Below are positions 8,837-16,165 of a stretch of 18,019 nt of DNA, one piece after another. This stretch comes from an uncultured Puniceicoccaceae bacterium (lineage in GTDB: Bacteria > Verrucomicrobiota > Verrucomicrobiia > Opitutales > Puniceicoccaceae): the NCBI GenBank assembly GCA_964519935.1, contig CAZFLQ010000048.1, forward strand, positions 1-18,019, in the 5' to 3' direction. Position 1 is the stretch's first letter. The number at the start of each line of letters is the position of its first letter. The position numbers and the translations under genes are program-made. The notes below the pieces were generated by a model, which saw only the letters and a program-made list of their open reading frames with translations, was not told where the DNA came from and searched no databases.

Positions 8837-8955
8837 GGGGCGCCGAAAAGGGATTGCAAATCCCTTCTCCATAGGGGGCGCCGAAAAGGGATTGCAAATC
8901 CCTTCTCCATAGGGGGGCGCCAAAAAGGGATTGCAAATCCCTTCTCCATAGGGGG
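8837..8955. repeat. Three tandem ~38-39 bp direct repeats, each with a perfect 8-bp inverted repeat (AAGGGATT-gca-AATCCCTT)
   Basis: Unit 'GGGCGCCGAAAAGGGATTGCAAATCCCTTCTCCATAG' occurs three times head-to-tail, with hairpins at about 8848-8866, 8886-8904 and 8925-8943. Confidence 0.9.
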
Positions 8956-8990
8956 TGGAGTCGGTGAGCGGACCTCCTGCGGTGGGCGTG

Positions 8991-10388
8991 TCAGGAGTTG
9001 GGTGGGGTTTGGTCGGGGTTTTGCGGGGGTGCGGTCGTGGGGACTGTTGGGTTGCCCATTTTCCCGAGAAATTCGGGGAGTTCGATCCCGACGTTGCGGG
9101 TTAGGTCGTGGATCGGGGGAATGGCCCCGGCGAGTCCGGAAACAAAGGAGGCGGTAGAGTTTTTGCCGTCGGCCCCGCGCCCGCCTTCCCAAACGGTGAT
9201 GTTGCCGATTTCGAGGTTGGAGATTGCCTTGACCTGTTCGGCAACGAGTTCGGGCAGTTTTTCGGTGATCATGAGGAGGGCAGCGAGTTCGGCGTTGCCT
9301 CCGGCGGCCTCGACGACCTTGGCGAGACCAGCGGCCTTTTCCTCGAGTTCGGAGCGGTTGCCCTTGGCCTCGGCCTCCATCATGGAGCGGATACCGTCGG
9401 CCTGACCCTGCTTCTCGATGCGGATCTTCTGAGCCTCGGCCTCGGCGAGGGTCTCGATCCGCTCCTTTTCGACGAGGGCGGGGACGACAACGTTGGCCTT
9501 TTGGGTGGCGCGGTCGCGTTCGGCGCGCTGGACCTCGGCGGTCTGCTCGGCGGCGTAAGCTTCCTCGAGGGCGCGGGCGCGGGCGACCTTTTCGGCGGCG
9601 GAGGCAGCGCGTTCGGCCTCGGCCTCGCGGGTACGGCGTTCAGAATTGGAGTTGGCGATTTCGACTTTGGAGAGGTTTTCCCCGGTGGTGGCCTCGGCGT
9701 CGGCACTGGCAACGGAAATCCGTTTGTCGCGATCGGCGCTGGCCGAACCGACCTCCCCGTCCCGGTTGGCCATGGATACTTTGACCTTGGCTTCATTGAT
9801 CGCTTTGCTGGAAGCCTCCTGGCCGAGGGCATCGATGTAGCCGGATTCGTCGGTAATGTCCTGAACGTTGACGTTAATCAGTCGCAGTCCGACTTTTTTG
9901 AGTTCGACCTCGACCCCGTTGGAAATGTTTTCAATCAGCTTGTCGCGGTCGGCGTTGATTTCCTCGATGTCCATCGTCGCGATGACAACGCGCATCTGGC
10001 CGAAGATGATATCCTTGGCAAGCTCCTTGATCTCGGTCAGGCCGAGTCCGAGAAGCCGTTCGGCGGCATTTTCCATCACCCCGGTTTCGGTCGAGATCCC
10101 AACGGTGAAAGTGGAGGGCGTGTTGACCCGAATGTTTTGTTTGGAGAGCGCACCCTGAAGGTTGATGTCAATCGGGAGGGGGGTGAGGTCGAGGAACTGG
10201 TAGTCCTGGATCACCGGCCAGATGAAGGAAGCACCACCATGGTAGCAGCGGGCAGACTCTCCGCCGCTAACTTTACCGTAAACGACAAGGATGCGGTCAG
10301 AGGGACAGCGTTTGTAGCGGGAGGCGAACGCAATGAGCGTTCCGAAAAGCGCGAGGGCAATCGCGACGAGGAAGATGAGGATGTCCAT
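8991..10388 (-). CDS. Flotillin-like SPFH/band-7 domain protein (YqiK/FloT family)
   Basis: N-terminal hydrophobic anchor 'MDILIFLVAIALALFGTLIAF', an SPFH domain, then a long E/A-rich coiled-coil ('EAEAERAASAAEKVARARALEEAYAAEQ'). The ORF also reaches an upstream ATG at 10499, but that N-extension is P/R-rich and would overlap the nfeD-like gene. Confidence 0.8.
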   Translation of the reverse strand: MDILIFLVAIALALFGTLIAFASRYKRCPSDRILVVYGKVSGGESARCYHGGASFIWPVIQDYQFLDLTPLPIDINLQGALSKQNIRVNTPSTFTVGISTETGVMENAAERLLGLGLTEIKELAKDIIFGQMRVVIATMDIEEINADRDKLIENISNGVEVELKKVGLRLINVNVQDITDESGYIDALGQEASSKAINEAKVKVSMANRDGEVGSASADRDKRISVASADAEATTGENLSKVEIANSNSERRTREAEAERAASAAEKVARARALEEAYAAEQTAEVQRAERDRATQKANVVVPALVEKERIETLAEAEAQKIRIEKQGQADGIRSMMEAEAKGNRSELEEKAAGLAKVVEAAGGNAELAALLMITEKLPELVAEQVKAISNLEIGNITVWEGGRGADGKNSTASFVSGLAGAIPPIHDLTRNVGIELPEFLGKMGNPTVPTTAPPQNPDQTPPNS

Positions 10389-10443
10389 GGGAGGTGTGGG
10401 TCGGTGGGTTTTGGTTCTTTGCGGATCGGTATTCGAGAGAAAA

Positions 10444-11034
10444 TCAGACGACGGTTGTGGCGGTGGTCTCGGACACGACCGAGACGGCGTTGTTGCCAAT
10501 CACACCGACGATCTCGACGCGGGTGCGCGGGGGGATTTCAGAACTTTCGTCGGTGTAGGCGTCGATGATGCTGAGCCGGTTCTGGACCATGACCTCGACC
10601 TGTCCGGCTCCGCTGCGGGCGGCGGGAATGCGGATGTAAACCGAACCTCCGTTCCCGATCGCATTGTGGATGTCGATTGTTCCGGTGGTTTGAAGACGCA
10701 TCAGCAGCAGCATCACCCCGTAGATCGCAAACATCAGGGTGAGTCCAGACAGGGTCGCCCAAATCAGGGCAACCGGAAGGGAGGCACCCTGATTGAGAGC
10801 GATTCCGCCAACCCAGCCGAAGCCAGTGAAAAAGGCGGTGACGGTACGAAATGAAAGGATCCCAAGCCCAGTGGTGTGATCGGTGGCGGCACCGATGTCG
10901 GGCAGATCGGTAGAGTGTCCGCCGATCCCGATGATTGAAAGAATCAGATCGAAGAGCATCAAAGCAAGGGAGACAATGCCGATGCCGTAAAGAAGCTGTT
11001 TCTCGAAATCGAGACTGATCCACCAGTCAACCAT
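10444..11034 (-). CDS. NfeD/YqiJ-like membrane protein (flotillin-associated)
   Basis: Three predicted TM helices followed by a beta-rich OB-fold-like C-terminus ('GSVYIRIPAARSGAGQVEVMVQNRLSIIDAY'). Sits immediately upstream of, and co-oriented with, the flotillin gene, as in yqiJ-yqiK and yuaF-floT operons. Confidence 0.7.
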   Translation of the reverse strand: MVDWWISLDFEKQLLYGIGIVSLALMLFDLILSIIGIGGHSTDLPDIGAATDHTTGLGILSFRTVTAFFTGFGWVGGIALNQGASLPVALIWATLSGLTLMFAIYGVMLLLMRLQTTGTIDIHNAIGNGGSVYIRIPAARSGAGQVEVMVQNRLSIIDAYTDESSEIPPRTRVEIVGVIGNNAVSVVSETTATTVV

Positions 11035-11271
11035 GGGGTAAATTCACGATGGGGAGAACCTAGTGGTTCCTGTTCGGGATCGTCGATGGAAAATTCCGGT
11101 GTTTCCGGAAAGCTGACGAAATCGACACATGGATGGCGTCGAGGATCTTTTTGCGCGGGTTCGGGATTAAGCCCCCCGGTGTCTTGCGGGAACTCTGGCC
11201 TAGCCGGGGGATGGTGGTGACCTCCGATTGCGTTTGCGGTTGGCGAATTTCAACAATTACTGTCGAGAAGA

Positions 11272-12345
11272 ATGGATTTTGAATCAATCAACGGCTTAAT
11301 CGGGGACTATGAGGCTTGGCATGAGGCCTCGGTTGAACGGTTCGTGGGCCGTTTGCGCGAGGCTGAGGGGGTTGATCCGGTGATCGGGCGTTTTGGGGAG
11401 TATCTCCGGAGGCCGGGAAAGCGACTGCGTCCCCTGTTGTTGATTCTGGCGGCGGAGGCTGGTGGGTGTGGAGATCGTGGGATGGTGATGCCAGCAGCGT
11501 TTTCGGTCGAGGCGTTCCACACCTTCATCCTGATTCACGACGATGTCATTGACGAATCAGCCTCCCGCCGGGGCCGCCCGAGCCTTCATCGCGATCTTGT
11601 CGACGGGCTGGGGATGCCGTTGCGAAGGGGTGAGAGCCTGGCGGTTGTTCTGGGGGATCTCCTCTATGGCTATGCTCTCGAGGTACTCAATGAAGTAACG
11701 GCGGGACCGGGAATACGGGCGACAGCAATCCGGTATTTTTCGCGGGTTATTCAGGACACCGGGCTGGGGGAGGCGCTGGAGCTGAGCCTGGCGGAGCGTC
11801 CTCTGGCAGATGTGACGGAGGCGGCGATTGAGACCGTTTACCAGCTCAAGACGACCCGCTACACCTTCGAAGCACCGCTAGTTCTGGGGGCTGTTCTGAG
11901 CGGCCTGCCGGATGGTGCGCAGGAAGTTCTCGAACGGTATGCCCGCCCGGTGGGTAGGGCTTTTCAGATCGCGAATGATTTGCACGAGATTCGGGAAGTG
12001 ATCGAGGGGCGGACGGAGCTGGCCTACGATCTCTCGGGAGAGATTCGAACTCTCTATATGCTTCGGCTGATGGCGGCGGTTGGGGCGGGGGACGTTGAGC
12101 AAGTGGAACGTTGGGCAGGCGGTGAGGGAGAAGGGATAGCCGGGATTGTCGGACTTGTCCGAAGCGACAAAGGCGTGGAAATCTACGGGTCGCTGCGGGA
12201 GGAGGTTCTCGAGGGGTTCCGTCAGGGCAGGCAAATATTGGCGGCGGCAATAGACGAAGGGATTTTGCCGATCCGGTTTGCGTCAATTGCCGATCTTGTC
12301 GAGGCAAGGTTCGAGCACAGCGAGGCATTTGTATCCAAAAAATGA
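11272..12345 (+). CDS. trans-Isoprenyl diphosphate synthase (polyprenyl synthetase) family protein with degenerate second Asp-rich motif
   Basis: 'GKRLRPLLLILAAE' and an intact first Asp-rich motif 'LIHDDVIDESASRRGRPS', plus 'YQLKTTRYTFEAP'. The second motif is 'FQIANDLHEIRE', not DDxxD. The stop overlaps the polB start. Confidence 0.75.
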   Translation: MDFESINGLIGDYEAWHEASVERFVGRLREAEGVDPVIGRFGEYLRRPGKRLRPLLLILAAEAGGCGDRGMVMPAAFSVEAFHTFILIHDDVIDESASRRGRPSLHRDLVDGLGMPLRRGESLAVVLGDLLYGYALEVLNEVTAGPGIRATAIRYFSRVIQDTGLGEALELSLAERPLADVTEAAIETVYQLKTTRYTFEAPLVLGAVLSGLPDGAQEVLERYARPVGRAFQIANDLHEIREVIEGRTELAYDLSGEIRTLYMLRLMAAVGAGDVEQVERWAGGEGEGIAGIVGLVRSDKGVEIYGSLREEVLEGFRQGRQILAAAIDEGILPIRFASIADLVEARFEHSEAFVSKK

Positions 12346-14510
12346 ATACAAATGACGAATGCCTGGTCGGTCTCTGGGTTGATCCTGACGGGATCGTGAG
12401 GGAGGCCTGGAGGGATCGTTCGGGGCGGCGGACGGACCGGGAAGCCCGACTGTCTCCGCCGGTTTGGTGCAGTGCGGGGATTGCGGAAGAGTGGGAGCAG
12501 CGTGGCGGTGGGGGCACGGTCGTTGCGCTGGAAGGGGCGGGGGTCCTTGATCGGCGGATTACCTTTGGGGATCCGGCCGGGGCGGAGGCGTTTTTGAAGG
12601 AGCACCGGGGAACGGCCGAGGTGGAGGCATTGCGTCCGGCCGAGCACGCCTGGCTGGTGTTGAATCGCGGCCGGTTTTTCGAGGAGGGCACCTTGCGGCG
12701 TGTTCGGCGTTTGCAGTTGGATATCGAGACCGCAACGGGCGAGGGGAGGGCGTTCAGTGATCCGCACGAGCCGGAGGACCGGGTTCTCGCGATTGGGCTG
12801 AGGTTTGAGGGACGGAATGAGATCCTCGATTTGGGGGAAGAAACGGACGCGGCTGAGAGGGGGCTGCTGAAGCGGTTCGCCGAGCGTTTGTGTGAGATCG
12901 ATCCGGACACGATGGAAGGGCACAATATTTTCCGGTTTGACCTCGAATACCTGCGCGAGCGGTGTCGGCGTTATCGGTTAAAGCCAGAGTGGGGTCGGTT
13001 TGGGGAGATTGCCCGTTTTCGAAACAGCCGGATTCGGATCGCGGAACGGACGGTGGATTTCCCCCGCTGTGACGTTCCCGGTCGGACAGTGGTGGATACA
13101 TTTTTGTTGGTCCAGATTCACGATACGACCTCGCGGGAGCTGGAGGGCTACGGGCTGAAGGATGTCGCGGTGGCCTTTGGGGTAACCGATCCGGATGCGG
13201 GGGAACGGACCTATCTGCGGGGGGAGTTGATTGCGGATGCCTGGCGACGGCAGCGGGATGTGTTCCGGAAATATCTCGAGGATGACCTCCGCGAGACCGA
13301 GGGGGTGGCCTCGGTTTTGCTGCCGACCTATGTGGCACAGTGTCCCAACTTTCCGATGACGTTGCAGGAGATACTGCTTCGAGGGACGGCGGCGAAGGTT
13401 GATTCGGTTTTCCTCGAGGCGTATCAGCATGCGGATCAGGCTCTGCCAGTTCCGGGCAGTATCGAGCGATTCGAGGGTGGGTATAGCGGGAGTTTTGAGA
13501 CCGGGGTTTTCCGGCCGGTTTACCACTATGACGTGGCATCGCTCTACCCGAGCCTGCTATTGCAGATCGGGAGGAATCCGGTGGGGGATGACCTCGGGAC
13601 GTTCATCCCGACCCTCGAGCGGCTGCGGGCGGCCCGGCTGGAGTTCAAGCGAAGGGCGAGGGAGTCTACGGATCCGGAGGATGTGCGGGACTATGGGGCG
13701 CGTCAGGCGAGTTTCAAGATTCTGATCAATTCGTTTTACGGGTATCTCGGCTTTGCCGGGGCGCGTTTTGCGGACGGGAAACTGGCGGCAGAGGTTACCC
13801 GCCGGGGCCGGGAGCTGATCAAGCATTTGATTGGGGAATTGGGAGGGCTGGGGGTACGGATTCTGGAGGCGGACACGGACGGGATTTATGTGTGTCCGGA
13901 TGGCTATGCAGGTGGACCGGAGGACCTGTTGGGGGATCTTTCGGCGCGGTTGCCGGAGGGGATTGATCTGGAGTTGGGAGGCGTTTACGAGGCAATGTTC
14001 TGCTACAAGGCGAAAAACTACGCTCTCGCGACGGATGTTGGGATGGTGGTGCGGGGATCGGCCCTGCGCTCGCGGGGTACAGAGCCCTTTTTGCGGGAGC
14101 TGACGAGGCACTATTTAGCGGAGCGGCTCGGCCTCGAAACCCGTTCGACGCTCGACCTGGTCGAGGAAATGGGAACCGAAATCGAGGAACAGCGGATGCC
14201 GGTCGAGCAGTTGGCGAAGGCGGAGCACCTCGGGATGTCACCGACGGTCTACCGGAGCGGGGTAGAGGCTGGAACGAAGACCCGGCGGGCGGCACTGGAG
14301 GCGGCCTTGGGGATCGAGCCGCTCCCGAAACAGGGGGATCGGGTGGCCTATTACCTGCGAGAGGGTGATCGGTCGGAAAAGGCGGATTGGCAGCGGGCGG
14401 TTCCGGTTGAGGCCTACGATCGGGAGAGATGTCCCTATGATGCGGGTGCCTATCTGAAAAAGTTGCGGGCTTGGGCGCGGCGGTTTCCGCTCGAGCCGGA
14501 ACTGTTTTAG
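12342..14510 (+). CDS. polB: Family B DNA polymerase (DNA polymerase II-like) with 3'-5' exonuclease domain
   Basis: Exo I 'LDIETAT', Exo II 'HNIFRFDLEYL', Exo III 'YLEDD'; polymerase motif A 'YHYDVASLYPSLL', motif B 'KILINSFYGYLGF', motif C 'EADTDGIYV'. Length 722 aa. Confidence 0.85.
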   Translation: MNTNDECLVGLWVDPDGIVREAWRDRSGRRTDREARLSPPVWCSAGIAEEWEQRGGGGTVVALEGAGVLDRRITFGDPAGAEAFLKEHRGTAEVEALRPAEHAWLVLNRGRFFEEGTLRRVRRLQLDIETATGEGRAFSDPHEPEDRVLAIGLRFEGRNEILDLGEETDAAERGLLKRFAERLCEIDPDTMEGHNIFRFDLEYLRERCRRYRLKPEWGRFGEIARFRNSRIRIAERTVDFPRCDVPGRTVVDTFLLVQIHDTTSRELEGYGLKDVAVAFGVTDPDAGERTYLRGELIADAWRRQRDVFRKYLEDDLRETEGVASVLLPTYVAQCPNFPMTLQEILLRGTAAKVDSVFLEAYQHADQALPVPGSIERFEGGYSGSFETGVFRPVYHYDVASLYPSLLLQIGRNPVGDDLGTFIPTLERLRAARLEFKRRARESTDPEDVRDYGARQASFKILINSFYGYLGFAGARFADGKLAAEVTRRGRELIKHLIGELGGLGVRILEADTDGIYVCPDGYAGGPEDLLGDLSARLPEGIDLELGGVYEAMFCYKAKNYALATDVGMVVRGSALRSRGTEPFLRELTRHYLAERLGLETRSTLDLVEEMGTEIEEQRMPVEQLAKAEHLGMSPTVYRSGVEAGTKTRRAALEAALGIEPLPKQGDRVAYYLREGDRSEKADWQRAVPVEAYDRERCPYDAGAYLKKLRAWARRFPLEPELF

Positions 14511-14534
14511 ACCACGACGGCGGTAAGTTGAGAA

Positions 14535-15977
14535 TCAGTTTTCTCCGAGTGTATCCGATTCGATATGACGCAGTTGAACGGTGTGAATAATCTTCGAACG
14601 GCGGAGGACGTTCGTGATGGTAACGATCCAATCCCCCTTAAAGACCCACTGCCCTTTCATGAGGATGTTGATGGCGTCGGTGATGGTGACATCGCGTTCT
14701 TCCGAGAATTCCATCAGGAAAGGTTCAACTCCCCAGATCATCGTTAATTGGCGAAAGAGAACCGGATTGTCGGTGAAGGCGAAAATCGGGGTATGGAGCG
14801 GTCGCAGCGAGGAGAGAAGCTGGGCAAGCTGTCCGCTGCGGGTAAAGACAAGGATGGCTGAATTTTCGAGATCGTCAGCGAGGACGGTGGCGGAACGAAT
14901 CATCTTGTCTTTGGGAGTCTTGAGAACGAGTTCATCGCGTAGACGGCGTTCGGACTGGGCCTCAAGACGTTCGGAGATCCGCTTGAAGACGCGGACGCAT
15001 TCGATAGGATATTCCCCGACGGTGGTTTCGCCGGAGAGCATCAGACAGTCAGTCTGTTGCGAGACGGCGTGGGCGACATCAGCGACCTCCGCGCGGGTCG
15101 GAACCGGAGCATTGGTCATCGATTCGAGCATGTGGGTGGCAACGATGGCGGGTTTGAAGCTACGGATGCACTTTTCGACAGCGCGTTGCTGAATGATCGG
15201 AATCTCCTCGTAGGGGCATTCGATCCCGAGATCGCCACGGGCGACCATTATTCCGTCAGATGCGGAGATGATCTCGTCAAGATTCGAGATTCCCTGCTGG
15301 TCCTCGATTTTCGCAATGATTCGGGCCTGGGAGCCGAGCTCGTTCAAGTAGCGGCGGAAGATGTCGAGATCATCGGCCTCGCGGACAAAGGAGAGGGCAA
15401 AGAGATCAATCCCCACCTCGACACCGACGGCGACATCGCCGCGGTCTTTCTGAGTGAGGCAAGGGAGGCTGACGCGAACGCCGGGGAGGTTGATGTGGCG
15501 TTTTGAGCCGAGTTTGCCGCCGATGGTAACCTCGCAGTGGATGCGACCTTCTGATTTGCCGAGAACGACAAAGCGGATCAGCCCGTTGTCGACGAGGACG
15601 GTATCACCAGCAGACAGATCATCGATCAACTTTTCGTAATTGACCGGAACACAAAGCGTGCCGTCGATAAAACCGCTGTCGTCGTTGACGGTCAGATCAA
15701 TTTTTTGCCCTTCTTTGATCTCGACTGCGTTTTCGAGTTTGCCGGTGCGGATTTCGGGGCCCTTGACATCCATCATGACAGCGATTTCGCGTCCAACCTC
15801 GGCACTGACCTTGCGAACGCGGGCGACGATCGCCCGCGTCCAGTCGTGGTCGGCATGGGCCATGTTGATCCGACAGACATCGACCCCCTCGAGAATGAGC
15901 CGTTTGAGTTGTTCCTCGCTCTCGGTGGCAGGGCCGATCGTGAAGATGATTTTGGTGTGGCGGTAGCGTCGCGGCAT
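14535..15977 (-). CDS. pyk: Pyruvate kinase
   Basis: N-terminus 'KIIFTIGPATESEEQLKRLILEGVDVCRINMAHADHDW', then 'MMDVKGPEIRTGK' and 'MVARGDLGIE'. Length 480 aa. Confidence 0.9.
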   Translation of the reverse strand: MPRRYRHTKIIFTIGPATESEEQLKRLILEGVDVCRINMAHADHDWTRAIVARVRKVSAEVGREIAVMMDVKGPEIRTGKLENAVEIKEGQKIDLTVNDDSGFIDGTLCVPVNYEKLIDDLSAGDTVLVDNGLIRFVVLGKSEGRIHCEVTIGGKLGSKRHINLPGVRVSLPCLTQKDRGDVAVGVEVGIDLFALSFVREADDLDIFRRYLNELGSQARIIAKIEDQQGISNLDEIISASDGIMVARGDLGIECPYEEIPIIQQRAVEKCIRSFKPAIVATHMLESMTNAPVPTRAEVADVAHAVSQQTDCLMLSGETTVGEYPIECVRVFKRISERLEAQSERRLRDELVLKTPKDKMIRSATVLADDLENSAILVFTRSGQLAQLLSSLRPLHTPIFAFTDNPVLFRQLTMIWGVEPFLMEFSEERDVTITDAINILMKGQWVFKGDWIVTITNVLRRSKIIHTVQLRHIESDTLGEN

Positions 15978-16165
15978 GGTGTCGTGGATTTGAAATTAGG
16001 AAGTCAGTAGTATCGTTGAGTTGGCAGCAAGTCTTGTCCCAACTTGGATGTTTCAGAATCTTTTCCGGATTGAAACCGGGAAGTTTAGCGCGGCTTTCGA
16101 GATTCCGGCAGTCTGTTCAAGAGTTGGCGTATTTCCGAGACAGGGTAGTGGAACGATTCGGGAGA

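Noticed and set aside
8837-8955. Possible mini-CRISPR array (19-bp palindromic repeats at regular spacing)
   Set aside because: The intervening 'spacers' are identical to each other, there are only three units, and there are no cas genes. It is a tandem direct repeat, not CRISPR.
8701-9192. 163-aa minus-strand ORF covering the tandem repeats (repeated 'MEKGFAIPF')
   Set aside because: The peptide repeat only reflects translation of the 38-bp DNA repeat. It overlaps the flotillin 3' end and has no start context or homology.
9108-10568. Long + strand ORF (486 aa) antisense to the flotillin gene
   Set aside because: The product is extremely Gly/Asp/Phe-rich with no recognisable domain. This is a typical antisense ORF inside a GC-rich gene, and the flotillin on the opposite strand has clear homology.
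11060-11287. 75-aa minus-strand ORF in the divergent intergenic region
   Set aside because: It overlaps the start of the IPPS-like gene, has no homology and no convincing start context. It is probably promoter DNA.
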